Below are positions 19,466 to 29,485 of a DNA stretch of 64,000 nucleotides, piece by piece. This DNA is from an uncultured virus (IMG/VR IMGVR_UViG_3300041405_000400). Its lineage: Duplodnaviria > Heunggongvirae > Uroviricota > Caudoviricetes. Numbering within the stretch: the stretch's first letter is position 1; each line of letters opens with the position of its first letter. Both the position numbers and the translations under genes were made by a program. The stretch lies in IMG/VR virus record IMGVR_UViG_3300041405_000400; one strand, written 5' to 3'. The notes beneath the pieces were generated by a model that did no database searches, was not told the DNA's origin, and saw only the letters and a program-made list of their open reading frames with translations.

Positions 19466-19706
19466 CCACTTCGGCTTGCAGCTCGTAGTGAATGGCTGTA
19501 AAGCTTTGGAAGCCGTTCAGTCGATCATGCACCAGAATAACGTGCATGGCGCCGAATTCGGCGCAGTCAGCCGCAAACCTCATGTCATCCACATGGTCTG
19601 GGCGCGTGATTTTAACCCCGCCTTTCAGGTCGCAGCGATTTGCGCTGAAGTGAGTGCCATTGTGGCTGGTATGGCTGTATGGGTTTTCATTAATCCACTG
19701 GGTCAT
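19428..19706 (-). CDS. hypothetical protein
   Basis: Start MTQWI follows AGGA. Confidence 0.6.
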   Translation of the reverse strand: MTQWINENPYSHTSHNGTHFSANRCDLKGGVKITRPDHVDDMRFAADCAEFGAMHVILVHDRLNGFQSFTAIHYELQAEVDEDESEATSATR

Positions 19707-19710
19707 GATT

Positions 19711-19923
19711 TTAGATCCTGAAGGCGGTTGGAAAGGAGGCGGACAATCCGATGGCGGTTGCCATGAGCATACGCGCTTGTTTGCGCTTGGCATGATCTTC
19801 CGGCGTCATGGCGGCTTCACGTTCGCGCTGACGTTGTTCGTAAGCAGCGTGCAATTGAGCCTTTTTCTCGACACCTTGAATAACTCGCTCTTCTCGCGAG
19901 CCTCGTGCTTTGGCTTGTCCCAT
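19711..19923 (-). CDS. small conserved phage/plasmid-type protein
   Basis: MGQAKARGSREER N-terminus; GGAG RBS. Confidence 0.7.
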   Translation of the reverse strand: MGQAKARGSREERVIQGVEKKAQLHAAYEQRQREREAAMTPEDHAKRKQARMLMATAIGLSASFPTAFRI

Positions 19924-19952
19924 GATGAACCGTTCTCCGTGGTTGTGGGGTC

Positions 19953-19991
19953 ATTATAAGGACACCTACCACAATTGTCAATGTCAATGAC
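19953..19991 (-). promoter_or_regulatory. sigma70 promoter with palindrome
   Basis: TTGACA-N17-TATAAT; GTCAATGTCAATGAC at 19977-19991. Confidence 0.88.
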
Positions 19992-19997
19992 AAATAA

Positions 19998-20396
19998 TCA
20001 AAACCCGCAGTCTTTAAAGAAATCCGCTTTGACCTCAACGCTGGCGTCCATCTCGCTTTCAGACAGGGCCAGAAGCTCATCAATGGTCTTCATCTGTTTT
20101 TCCAGATCGTCTTTGGTAACAATCCCTGAGATCTTCTTGAGAATCTGATCTTCGTACTGGTGTATATGGCTGATCTCATCAATAGCGGCGTTCCAGTCTC
20201 CGTATTGGTTTTTTGGCGCGATTACAATGCCTTGTGCAAGTTTGCAAAGGTAATAAGCCTGAGCAAGCTCTTGTTTGCTCTCTTTCGAGAGTTCTTCGGA
20301 AAGCATTTCGATTAGGATTTTTTCATTGATTTTCACGGTCACTGCTTCGTACATCAGCGTGTGCATTCGATGATAATAAACAATTTCTCTGTTCAT
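19998..20396 (-). CDS. hypothetical protein
   Basis: 132-aa ORF. Confidence 0.7.
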   Translation of the reverse strand: MNREIVYYHRMHTLMYEAVTVKINEKILIEMLSEELSKESKQELAQAYYLCKLAQGIVIAPKNQYGDWNAAIDEISHIHQYEDQILKKISGIVTKDDLEKQMKTIDELLALSESEMDASVEVKADFFKDCGF

Positions 20397-20559
20397 CTCT
20401 GTTTCCTGGAAAGGTGATTAATTTTTTACGGGCGTGGTATGGTTAAAATCGCCACCATTTTCTCTTCACTAAGTTTTGATTCATTAATCGAATAAAGATG
20501 TGACTAACCGGCACATTCAGCCGAGTAGTCACCCGATGTCGGAAATAGATTCTGAATTA

Positions 20560-21192
20560 TTATGCTTTCGTTTTTACTACTGAGGCTGGCTTAGGATTTC
20601 GATGAGGCGTGATTTCCAAAACGCTTCCGTCCTTCAGTGTGAATGAAGTGGCCTTATCCCAAGGGAGGTTCGCGACACGAGTCATCGTGAAATTGTTGGT
20701 GTCCCCTACTCTAACAGCGCAGGTGTCGGTGATTTGCAATGGATCATCCAATTGCACGGTACTTACCGACAGGGTGAGTGCGGTGTATAGGCCGTCTTCA
20801 TCCAAGCTGACCGGGATAAGAAGCATTGATAGGCCTTCAGTGGCTTTGCGTTCAATAGTGGTCGTGACTGGAAAGGCAATGTCTTTAAATTCGCACCCTG
20901 GCGACTTAAATTCAGTACTCGTTTCAAATGTCGTCGGGTTCCTCAGATAAGTGTAAATGGTGCTTGAGGATACAATTTCTTTACCTTTGAGCACCTTGGT
21001 TTGATAGGAAACATTGTCAATTTCAGATTCGAAAATGGGTGCGGCTTCTTTATTGGCTTGGGAGGCGGTGCTGGCGGTTTGGGCTTTCGGCGGGTGCATA
21101 AAGGCTGATACATCTGCTGCTTGAGCAACGGCAGCAATTGATGAAATGGCGATGGACAGCATAGCTGCTAAGATGGTCTTGTACGGCTTCAT
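20560..21192 (-). CDS. secreted beta-rich protein, paralogue of 21560..22111
   Basis: Signal peptide; two conserved Cys and an EG(L/F)S motif. Confidence 0.75.
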   Translation of the reverse strand: MKPYKTILAAMLSIAISSIAAVAQAADVSAFMHPPKAQTASTASQANKEAAPIFESEIDNVSYQTKVLKGKEIVSSSTIYTYLRNPTTFETSTEFKSPGCEFKDIAFPVTTTIERKATEGLSMLLIPVSLDEDGLYTALTLSVSTVQLDDPLQITDTCAVRVGDTNNFTMTRVANLPWDKATSFTLKDGSVLEITPHRNPKPASVVKTKA

Positions 21193-21306
21193 TCGAAATC
21201 ACTCCGGTTGTTTGCTTGATATTATATATGCAAAATCACCTGTTTTGGCAAGCTCTGCATAATTCAGTAACAAGCTCTTCCTGAAATCAGAAAGAGCTTC
21301 ATGGGG

Positions 21307-21579
21307 TCAAGCGTGCCAGTCAGGCTGCGTTGGCAGGTAATCAAGTTCAAGCAACTCCGCGTGTGCGGCAGTTCGGTCGGTTGGATTCTTCTTGTCGATG
21401 ATGAGCACTGTGTAGGGTCTTTCTGTGCCCTTCTCCAGAATCATGTCATGAACCGAAAAACGACCAGAACTGTCATCGTGACTTTCGAGGTCATCATCTT
21501 TGATCAGGTTCCGCGTCAGGAACAGCGCAGCGGCGAAGGCTTCAGCCTCTTCGCCCGTTTTAAATTTTACTTTTCGCAT
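21307..21579 (-). CDS. hypothetical protein
   Basis: AAGGAG RBS. Confidence 0.7.
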   Translation of the reverse strand: MRKVKFKTGEEAEAFAAALFLTRNLIKDDDLESHDDSSGRFSVHDMILEKGTERPYTVLIIDKKNPTDRTAAHAELLELDYLPTQPDWHA

Positions 21580-22111
21580 GTGTGACTCCTTGAGTGCTAG
21601 GTGGCACTGAATTGGGTGGTGTTTCCCTGGTTACGGTTAGAACCAAGATTTGGTCGATGAATTTCACAAATATGGGCTTGCCTGGAGTCACGTCTAGAAC
21701 GCCGTTGTAAGTCTGTGCTTGCATCGTGCCGTTCACAATTGAGCAACCTGAATTGATCTCTGTCACGCCTTTCACATCGAATTTTGATTGAGAGAGATTA
21801 ACCAATGTTGTGATAATGTCATCAGTGTCATCAATCACTAGTACCGAAATGGAAAAACCCTCGCGCAACGGGCTTTCAATCTCAATGATGGTGTTCTCCG
21901 CCTTGATCTTACAAGTACTTCCTTGTTTTCGTTCGTCCCACAATTCACCGCTGGCTACTTTCTTCTTGGTTGCTTGCATGGCTCCTTCAGAGGAGGCGCT
22001 CTTAATTTTAAAGGTGTATATCGTCTCACCCTCGGCGGCAACCGCCTGGGTTATATGGCCAGGCACCAAGGCGAAGCAAATACCAATGGAGATAATTAGT
22101 TGTTTTACCAT
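21560..22111 (-). CDS. secreted beta-rich protein
   Basis: Signal peptide starting at MVKQL. Confidence 0.7.
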   Translation of the reverse strand: MVKQLIISIGICFALVPGHITQAVAAEGETIYTFKIKSASSEGAMQATKKKVASGELWDERKQGSTCKIKAENTIIEIESPLREGFSISVLVIDDTDDIITTLVNLSQSKFDVKGVTEINSGCSIVNGTMQAQTYNGVLDVTPGKPIFVKFIDQILVLTVTRETPPNSVPPSTQGVTHAKSKI

Positions 22112-22179
22112 GTGTTTAGTCCGAGAGCTGAATGTTGTAGATGAACACGCATGCAATCCAGAAAGAGGTGCAATCATCC

Positions 22180-22581
22180 TTATGTCACTGGGTCTGAACT
22201 AAATTTTGAATCTCTGTGTTGGAGCCCCAGGTCTTGGAAGGCTTTGCGCAGACCACCGATCACCCGATTAGCCCCTTGAATATAAGGGATCACTGTTTCA
22301 TGTGTGTCGTACCCATCAGGAATGCGATCATCATCAATCGTAAAGCTTTCGGGAATTGCCTTGAGCAGTGCCGACAGTGCTTTTTCTGGCGACACAGCCT
22401 CTTCTGATGGCCCTTGAACGATGATTTCGATGTTGCCCATGTCGCTCAGAAAGGACAGTAGACTGAGCTTGCTGTGGGCTGACAGAAAGGTTTCCTGGCC
22501 GAATTCGTCTACGACTTTTGCCCAGTATTTGTAATCGGACTGTTGGGCGGGCTCGATGTAGGCTTTTTTGACTGTTGGCAT
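22180..22581 (-). CDS. hypothetical protein
   Basis: 133-aa ORF. Confidence 0.65.
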   Translation of the reverse strand: MPTVKKAYIEPAQQSDYKYWAKVVDEFGQETFLSAHSKLSLLSFLSDMGNIEIIVQGPSEEAVSPEKALSALLKAIPESFTIDDDRIPDGYDTHETVIPYIQGANRVIGGLRKAFQDLGLQHRDSKFSSDPVT

Positions 22582-22694
22582 AGGTCGTCCGAATCAAATT
22601 GGGTAATTCCCGCATCATATCGGAAATAGACGATATTATCAATATTATTTTCGAAATGGTCTGCGAGTTTTTTGAGAATGGAGGGGAAATGTTA

Positions 22695-22723
22695 TTGACA
22701 CAAAAATCACCAATACAGATAAT
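22695..22723 (+). promoter_or_regulatory. sigma70 promoter
   Basis: TTGACA-N17-GATAAT. Confidence 0.7.
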
Positions 22724-22761
22724 CAGGTATTAATATTGAGTGTGCAGCGACACTCTCAAAA

Positions 22762-23217
22762 ATGAGAACGCCTATGAAATCAATAACCCCTTCATCCGAT
22801 ATTGCTTCTGGTGAATTGAGAGCAAACATCCGCCACGATATCAATCCTGAATTAGTAAGTTGTCAGATTGATGCGGCTATTGCTCAATGGGAAAGACACA
22901 AGGCTAGGCGCACGGAGGAGGAGACTCAAAACCTTGAGAGTTATGAGGCAGCCAAGTTTTCCAGTAAGGATGGCAAAGTTAAAGGTTGGATAAAGCCTCC
23001 AGCCGGGCCGGGCTGGGTTGGCCCGTATTATGACGAATGTATTGAACAAGAGCGAACCCATTATGCGCTGGTTCGTATAATTGAACTGCCTACTAAGGAG
23101 AAAAAACGATTCTTGCTCGTTTACGGCGACATTGATGACTCGATGGTCACTTCCGGCACAGGTCCTTTCGAAAGTGTTGATGCGGCGGCTAAATGGTTCC
23201 TGGAGTCAGGTCGCTGA
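22762..23217 (+). CDS. hypothetical protein
   Basis: 151-aa ORF behind a promoter. Confidence 0.7.
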   Translation: MRTPMKSITPSSDIASGELRANIRHDINPELVSCQIDAAIAQWERHKARRTEEETQNLESYEAAKFSSKDGKVKGWIKPPAGPGWVGPYYDECIEQERTHYALVRIIELPTKEKKRFLLVYGDIDDSMVTSGTGPFESVDAAAKWFLESGR

Positions 23218-23237
23218 TATTGCACATCCACCCATGC

Positions 23238-23705
23238 CTAATTTGTTTTTTGGACAAGGTGATAGCCTGAAATCAATCGAATGGGTTTTCCATCTGCCCA
23301 TTCTTTCGCTGCTTTTGTGTAACCCGACAGCGCCACAATAAAGACTTGCTCATGTTGTTGGGCGTGCATCAGTCCAAACATCTCTCGAACAACAGCCACG
23401 CCCACCCTTCCCTTCCAGTGTTTACATTGCACGACGGCTTGCTTGCCATTTTTTGTTATCAACAAGTCCATTCCATTATCGGCACCGCCCAGGCCGGTCA
23501 TGGTGACTTTGTACCCTTTGGTCTTGAAGTAACCTGAGCATACATGTTCAAAATCTTGCCATGACAGATTCTTCAGCGCTTCAATGCCTTTTTTGGCACT
23601 ACGATGAAACAAATTGGTTTTTCTGTGTCTTGATTTGAGATCAAGTAAAGGTTCAATAGCCAATAACAATGGCATCATGGCTACAAAAATGTATGCAGTG
23701 TTCAT
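23238..23705 (-). CDS. Mrr-like (Mrr_cat) restriction endonuclease with hydrophobic N-terminus
   Basis: WQDFEH..F...GY.V, GADNGMDL, VQCKHW, VREMFG, YTKAA. Confidence 0.88.
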   Translation of the reverse strand: MNTAYIFVAMMPLLLAIEPLLDLKSRHRKTNLFHRSAKKGIEALKNLSWQDFEHVCSGYFKTKGYKVTMTGLGGADNGMDLLITKNGKQAVVQCKHWKGRVGVAVVREMFGLMHAQQHEQVFIVALSGYTKAAKEWADGKPIRLISGYHLVQKTN

Positions 23706-23776
23706 CAGTAGTAGTTCAGGTTATTGGGTTATGACTATTACAGATACTTAAACACATTAATATATTGAAAATCAAT

Positions 23777-23810
23777 AAAAAGCCGAACAAGAGTTCGGCT
23801 TTTGTTTTTT
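23777..23810. terminator. intrinsic terminator
   Basis: AAAAAGCCGAAC-AAGA-GTTCGGCTTTT. Confidence 0.8.
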
Positions 23811-23835
23811 GGAGCGGTATTGCTGAATGGCCTGA

Positions 23836-24714
23836 TTATGCAGCTACCAGGACAAAGCGATTCATATCCAGAGCGAAAGCTTCAACTGGAACAACCTCTG
23901 ATTTGCCTGTTGCAACTTTATCGGCGGCGTCACCACTGACGTAGCTGGTGGTAATCTCTACTTGATGGTCATTCAGTCCGACAATTTTCACCAAGTGGAA
24001 GCAATTGGTCAGGCTGGTATCATGCCAAACCTGTCCAGCTGCCAATTCTGGCAAAATTGCCTTCATAACACATTCAAGTGTCTGGCCAGCAGGCACAAAG
24101 CGCTTGCTGAGAAGGCCACTAGCGGTCAATTCGGTCAGATTCTTGCTGACGTATTCATAACCACCCGCCTTGCCGTTGAATCGACCTTCCAAGGCCAGTG
24201 TTGGCTTGGCGTCATGAACGGCCTGTGGGCGAGATCCAGAAACATCGGTCGAATAACGAGTGATAATTTGAACCTTGTCATCAGTCTTCTCGCCGACGAC
24301 TTGTACATAGCGCATGCGAGTGCCCTTCAGCTCACGCCAGATCTCGCCAGTGAGCGGTTCTGCCTTTGGCAGTGCCGAGATACTAAGAGTGCCGAGGTCA
24401 ACCTTGCTGGCTTCTGCCAGAGCGCGCTTGTGCAGGCGTTGAGCGAACAGAATGATGCCCAGCTGCTTGGCGTTAAATTCTTTGAGGTTTTTGGCGATGT
24501 AGCTGTACCCTTCTGACATGCCATGAAAGCGGTCAGCACGAGGATAGGTAATCATGCCGTTCTCAATTACCTTGGGAAGACTGTATTTCTCTTCACTGCG
24601 GAAAATGGTGGTGATTTCAACGCGACCGTGGCTATCGGCTTCTCGTGTGACCTGAACGTAGCGGGTCACTGGGGATTTGTTGTCTTTCCAAATTTCATAT
24701 TTATGTGCTTTCAC
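23836..24714 (-). CDS. hypothetical protein with three internal domain repeats
   Basis: EIWKD..RYVQV..VEITT / EIWRE..RYVQV..VQIIT / QVWHD..LVKIV..VEITT. Confidence 0.8.
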   Translation of the reverse strand: MKAHKYEIWKDNKSPVTRYVQVTREADSHGRVEITTIFRSEEKYSLPKVIENGMITYPRADRFHGMSEGYSYIAKNLKEFNAKQLGIILFAQRLHKRALAEASKVDLGTLSISALPKAEPLTGEIWRELKGTRMRYVQVVGEKTDDKVQIITRYSTDVSGSRPQAVHDAKPTLALEGRFNGKAGGYEYVSKNLTELTASGLLSKRFVPAGQTLECVMKAILPELAAGQVWHDTSLTNCFHLVKIVGLNDHQVEITTSYVSGDAADKVATGKSEVVPVEAFALDMNRFVLVAA

Positions 24715-25070
24715 GAGATAAGTCCTAATGCGTTAAGAGAGAAAATAATTGTGTGGGTAATACGAACAACGCCGCCAGTGAAAATCTGTCATATTGACTC
24801 GATCAGCGGCACATCCATCCATCCATCGGTCACAGTCAGTGTGGGTGACACTTACGGTTTAGATATATTGAAATTATCTACAAGAAATCCTGATTTGTCC
24901 AGCTCTTCATATGCATTTCCGCCTATTTGCCAATTTTTTACTCCGCATATGGCGTGGTCACGTGATTCACGCTTATCTTTTTTGCGAAAATATAGCGCGT
25001 CGTGCTTGGGCTCCCTTCAGATCGCCGTTCGAATACTGTATACTTTTATAGTTATTAATAATCTCCCGGT

Positions 25071-25568
25071 GTGCCACCGAAATGGCCAGCGGGTCTTTTG
25101 GAGCTTTACATGAACCTCAGACGCCACGGCGCGCTTATTTTTGCTGGATCAGTCGTTTCCCTGATCCTTTTGATGATCCTTGGAATGAACATTTATTCGC
25201 GAACGGTGACATATGAATTCACCGTTAATCAGGATCTAGCCCTGACTCTAGTGGAGGCAAAAGAAGTCCCGGTAGGTGATAAGGAGATGGAATCTACCCT
25301 GGCGTTTGTCGATCTCACCGGGAAGCGTTACTCGCAGACTCTGAAATTTAACCGGACACACGATTCGCAGTGCTTTGAGTACTACAAGAGCAGAATGGGC
25401 CATACCATCGTTCTCAAACAGGAAAAAGGCATTGCCACTTCATTCTTCGGTAGCCACGAGTTTGATCATACGATTGACAGTAACGGAGTGATCTTTGAAG
25501 CCTGCTGGTATGCGCAAAGAAAGGTAATGGATGAAAAAATACTGAAAAAGAAAGCTGCCAACCCATGA
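25071..25568 (+). CDS. membrane-anchored hypothetical protein (start probably MNLRR)
   Basis: N-terminal TM segment; terminator follows. Confidence 0.7.
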   Translation: MPPKWPAGLLELYMNLRRHGALIFAGSVVSLILLMILGMNIYSRTVTYEFTVNQDLALTLVEAKEVPVGDKEMESTLAFVDLTGKRYSQTLKFNRTHDSQCFEYYKSRMGHTIVLKQEKGIATSFFGSHEFDHTIDSNGVIFEACWYAQRKVMDEKILKKKAANP

Positions 25569-25569
25569 T

Positions 25570-25601
25570 AAAAAAGCGCTCTCTTGAGCGCTTTGTTTTT
25601 T
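25570..25601. terminator. bidirectional terminator between convergent genes
   Basis: AAAAAAGCGCTC-TCTT-GAGCGCTTTGTTTTT. Confidence 0.8.
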
Positions 25602-25638
25602 GCCGTAGATCACATGTGGAATTGAAGCGTATTTACGC

Positions 25639-26016
25639 TTAAGCCTTAAATATCAGGGCTCGAATGATACACAGGCCATCTTGAAAGCCTTTCAGCAAGG
25701 TTTTCTGCTGCATCTTTGTCATTTCCGTCTGGCTTTCAGGGTCAACGCAGTAATCAATCATTTCGGCCAGTTTTTTCTTGGCGCTAGACTCCTGCTGATC
25801 GTCGATCATTGCGAAATCGTAGATGCAATCGATATCAACAATATCGGCGCCATCTGCTTGATAGCGGACGCCATAATGGATCAAGACCAAGCATGGATAC
25901 TGGGCCGGAGTTTGGGATGGCTCAAAGACATTGTGCTTCTGAAAGTACGCCTGGAACTCAGCTTCACTCTGCGCAACAAAGTGTTTGATTTGGTTCAGGC
26001 TGATCATTGCTTTCAT
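25639..26016 (-). CDS. hypothetical protein
   Basis: Start MKAMI lies downstream of the promoter. Confidence 0.7.
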   Translation of the reverse strand: MKAMISLNQIKHFVAQSEAEFQAYFQKHNVFEPSQTPAQYPCLVLIHYGVRYQADGADIVDIDCIYDFAMIDDQQESSAKKKLAEMIDYCVDPESQTEMTKMQQKTLLKGFQDGLCIIRALIFKA

Positions 26017-26045
26017 GAAATTATCTCTGTGAGGTAATGACGACA

Positions 26046-26084
26046 ATTATGACCACACCTCATAGCAATGTCAATATCACTGAC
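26046..26084 (-). promoter_or_regulatory. sigma70 promoter with palindrome
   Basis: TTGACA-N17-CATAAT; GTCAATATCACTGAC at 26070-26084. Confidence 0.87.
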
Positions 26085-26125
26085 TGCCCACATCGGCAAA
26101 TTTGCCGTTTTGAGTGCTCCCCCAT

Positions 26126-26536
26126 TTAAGCTGCACCAGATAGGGCGCTATGGCTTTTTTTGTGCCGTAGTAGGCATACTCCAAGCTTTCGTTCACCTTT
26201 CGGTTGGTCGGATATTCGGCGTATTCCGAGCCGTCCGTGTACACCTTCCAGCGAGCTGGATCGAGAGAATCTCGCTTGATGACCCAATTCGGATGAGTAG
26301 AGTTTGCCGTCTTGAGCCTTTACATAAGCGTAGCCTGGATCAGGGTCGCGTTCCTCGGGGTTTTGTGGCTCTGCGTAGATTACCGCAATCTCGATGAAAT
26401 CGAGTGCCATGAACTCCGACTTGGAAACCCTTTCAGAGAGATTGGAACTCAGTACTTCGTTAACACGTAGAAAGACTGGATGGTTATGCCCATCGGATTT
26501 TTCATCGCTCAACAGTGATCTCTTCCAATAAGTCAA
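26126..26536 (-). CDS. hypothetical protein
   Basis: Operon-packed ORF. Confidence 0.6.
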   Translation of the reverse strand: MTYWKRSLLSDEKSDGHNHPVFLRVNEVLSSNLSERVSKSEFMALDFIEIAVIYAEPQNPEERDPDPGYAYVKAQDGKLYSSELGHQARFSRSSSLEGVHGRLGIRRISDQPKGERKLGVCLLRHKKSHSALSGAA

Positions 26537-26986
26537 TTATTTGTCGGTTTGGACTTTTGCGACAAATTCTTTCATATTCTTCCAGGATTCGGCGGTTTTG
26601 GTAGTGTTTGCATTTTCACGAATCAGCTCGGCCGTCCCCTGCTCAATCAGCGCCTTGATCTCCATGACAAGGCTTTCGGCATTGAATCGCTCCGCGCCTG
26701 ATTTCAGCCAAACACTAATTGATTGGCCTTCAATTGCGATGCGGTCTATACAAAAAGACTGATTTTTCGTATCAAAAGTGAATGCGTCCCGCGAGGGGCT
26801 GTACGATTCAAAATAAACGGTTGATCCGCCGATGTATGAAATTCGCCGAATGTCATACGGGTTTTTGAACCCTTTCAGCAGATAAGTGACATAGATGCTG
26901 AATTCTTCGTTCCGAGGCTTGAGACACACTTCATCAACGTCGAGCTTGAGAAACTTACCAAACTTTCTGAGCAGCCAATTTTTCAT
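26537..26986 (-). CDS. hypothetical protein
   Basis: GAGGA RBS; operon-packed. Confidence 0.7.
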   Translation of the reverse strand: MKNWLLRKFGKFLKLDVDEVCLKPRNEEFSIYVTYLLKGFKNPYDIRRISYIGGSTVYFESYSPSRDAFTFDTKNQSFCIDRIAIEGQSISVWLKSGAERFNAESLVMEIKALIEQGTAELIRENANTTKTAESWKNMKEFVAKVQTDK

Positions 26987-26988
26987 AC

Positions 26989-27585
26989 TTATTCCTCAAT
27001 TTCTGTATAGAGGGTGTGCATGCCTTTGCTAAGGCTCTCCTCTGTGGGGGTGAGGCTATTGCGAGTCTCATAATCACCCCAGGCCAGAATTTCCAGGTCG
27101 CAGTCCTTCATCAGGACTCGAATTCCGTCTTGAAACACCATAAAACTGTCGATCACATCATCAGTGAAGGCGATAACAATCAGGAACCCCTCACTGTGTT
27201 CTCGCTTAAGTTTCTCAATACCGGAGTCCTGGATAAGGCTTTCCATAACATCAAAATGAACGTGGATCGCCGCTGCGTGCGAGCTTCGAACCTTGAAAAG
27301 TTCGCCGCCTTTGGTTTCAACCAAAATCTTGAAGGCGCCATTGGGAATGGAATGCTCTTCAAGCAGAAGCCATGTGGTGCCCGGTGGAGCATCCTCGACG
27401 CGACGCATGCCGCCGTACATCAGGCCATCGCCATCTGTGGCAGGAGCCACGGTGTACACATTGGACTGCTTGTTCGCACCTGACCACGGCTCAAAGACAG
27501 CGTAAAGGCCTGCGACTTGTGGGACAGTGAGTTTCCAACCGGTGCTCATAATTTCGTCCTGTGAAGAAAGCGTTAAGTTTGGCAT
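26989..27585 (-). CDS. hypothetical protein
   Basis: 198-aa ORF. Confidence 0.7.
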   Translation of the reverse strand: MPNLTLSSQDEIMSTGWKLTVPQVAGLYAVFEPWSGANKQSNVYTVAPATDGDGLMYGGMRRVEDAPPGTTWLLLEEHSIPNGAFKILVETKGGELFKVRSSHAAAIHVHFDVMESLIQDSGIEKLKREHSEGFLIVIAFTDDVIDSFMVFQDGIRVLMKDCDLEILAWGDYETRNSLTPTEESLSKGMHTLYTEIEE

Positions 27586-27613
27586 TAGTGATCACTACTG
27601 AGTTCAGGAGTGA

Positions 27614-27829
27614 TTAACCTTCATAGCCCCATGCCAGAGCGATGCAGTCTACAAGATCAGAGAATCCAGATCCATCTTCAAACAGGTAGCTGGCACGCAG
27701 GCCGCAGTCTGTTTTGACCAGAAAAATTCGATCCAGTCCGTTCTCATCTTTGCGCAGCTCGAAAGGAGGTCGTCCGTGCGTGGCAATTTCATGCCAGTGA
27801 ATTTTGCTGCCTTTCACTTTCATGTTCAA
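27614..27829 (-). CDS. hypothetical protein
   Basis: Coupled to the upstream stop. Confidence 0.6.
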   Translation of the reverse strand: MNMKVKGSKIHWHEIATHGRPPFELRKDENGLDRIFLVKTDCGLRASYLFEDGSGFSDLVDCIALAWGYEG

Positions 27830-28164
27830 ACACCCCGCTCGACTGGTTTTTCAGTGGAATATTCCATCGTTTCGATATCCAGGTACTCGACTTTCCCTGT
27901 TTCGAGGTTGAGGCGATCAAAAGACAGCCCCATCAGGTAAGCTGTTTTGATCGGGATGGGGCCGTCGAATACGCCTGCGTGTTCGGGGATGAAGTCCTTG
28001 TCACAATCTCGGCACCAGAGGTGCTTCTCGAACTCAGACCACTCGGTCATTGAATTGCCACAGGAGCAATCTGACATATCAAACCCTCGCGGTGGCGTTA
28101 TATAGCACCATTTGCGTTTTGGCTTCTCGCCTTCTGGGGCGACAACGACGTTCTGATTGCTCAC
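27826..28164 (-). CDS. Cys-rich hypothetical protein
   Basis: CSCGN..EWSEFEKHLWCRDC; GAGG RBS. Confidence 0.75.
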   Translation of the reverse strand: MSNQNVVVAPEGEKPKRKWCYITPPRGFDMSDCSCGNSMTEWSEFEKHLWCRDCDKDFIPEHAGVFDGPIPIKTAYLMGLSFDRLNLETGKVEYLDIETMEYSTEKPVERGV

Positions 28165-28189
28165 TGAAAAACCCTCTCTTTGATTGGCT

Positions 28190-28227
28190 ATTATACCAGA
28201 AGATAGACTTTTGTCAATGGCAATGAC
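28190..28227 (-). promoter_or_regulatory. sigma70 promoter with palindrome
   Basis: TTGACA-N16-TATAAT; GTCAATGGCAATGAC at 28213-28227. Confidence 0.85.
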
Positions 28228-28310
28228 GAAGCACCGATGAGCACATCACAGTGATCTGACCGGATATTTGTGATATTATTTGCAAAAATAAATCCTGCGG
28301 AGATTGGATA

Positions 28311-29309
28311 ATGAAACAAAAGGCAATAGATGCCGCTGGTGATGAGGCGAGATCTCGCCCGGCAAAAAATGAAAATGTGGCTGCTGAGTATGCTCGTAGT
28401 TTGATGACAAAAAAGCAGAAACTGACACATTACTGGCGCAGACTAACCGCTGCTGACTATGGGCGAGTCAATCTTGAGGATGTATTGGATTGGACGAGAG
28501 CCAGTCAAATTATCATCCAAGGTCGAAACGTTGAAAAGAAGCACATTATCTTCAATAGGATTTTGGATAAGGACGGTATGAACTGGAAGCGAGGGGGATT
28601 TGCCTTTGTTGGCATGGAGCGAGCTATGCAAATAGAAGACGCCCTTGAGCGCCAGGGAATTGAGGTCAATATTTTTATGATGCGCGACTTGCTGTCGAGC
28701 GGATTTGATTTCGAGTCCATACGACTTCTCCCTGCTGGCGTAGTCACCGTTTTCGCTTATGATGGCACTGACTCTGAGGAAACCAAGAAGAAAGCCATAG
28801 ATCGAGTGCGAGTGTTTCTGTCTGAGCAATTCTGGATGTATTTTGATCGTAATGATCCTTCTATCTGTAATGAAAAACTGCTGACTCCAGAACCTGTGGA
28901 GGTTCGTAGAAAGAGAATTGTACCGCTAGTCTTTGAGGGGCTGTTGACCAGCTACAGTGGAGTGGGGTTATTTGGCGCACAGATGCGATCATTTTTCACC
29001 ACAGTTCACTTTGTGGATCAGTCCTTTGCAGTAGGAAAAAATTCTGTCTTCGAGGCGGATGACCAAGCAGTTGTTGAGGAGGCGCGCTTCCTTGTAGCCA
29101 ATACTCAAATGGTGCTTTTGCTAAAGGATGATGAATTTAAGGGTGTCTACCCTCGTGGGCGTACTATCCATAATAGCCTTGTATTTGCTGAAGCCTCCTT
29201 GGAATTCCCCTCAAAACCTTGCTATGACGAAAGTGACCCCTATAACGCTGTCCTGACGACCGCTGGTGTTTATCTCTCAGTTGATCTAAAGAGGAAAGCA
29301 AGGAGCTAA
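28311..29309 (+). CDS. hypothetical protein
   Basis: 332-aa ORF; GGAG RBS; hairpin downstream. Confidence 0.8.
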   Translation: MKQKAIDAAGDEARSRPAKNENVAAEYARSLMTKKQKLTHYWRRLTAADYGRVNLEDVLDWTRASQIIIQGRNVEKKHIIFNRILDKDGMNWKRGGFAFVGMERAMQIEDALERQGIEVNIFMMRDLLSSGFDFESIRLLPAGVVTVFAYDGTDSEETKKKAIDRVRVFLSEQFWMYFDRNDPSICNEKLLTPEPVEVRRKRIVPLVFEGLLTSYSGVGLFGAQMRSFFTTVHFVDQSFAVGKNSVFEADDQAVVEEARFLVANTQMVLLLKDDEFKGVYPRGRTIHNSLVFAEASLEFPSKPCYDESDPYNAVLTTAGVYLSVDLKRKARS

Positions 29310-29485
29310 CGGGGCACCCTGCTGGCCCCTTTCCCGAAGGGGTTTCGCTCTCTTTTGCAATCAATACCTATGCATTCACTTGCACTTTGTCCGAAAAAGT
29401 GGAAGAGTAGATTGCCTGTCTGAGTTATGCTTACTATGCTCTATCTAGGCAATCCAAAATTTTCTTAATCGGCAAGGTGCTCGAT

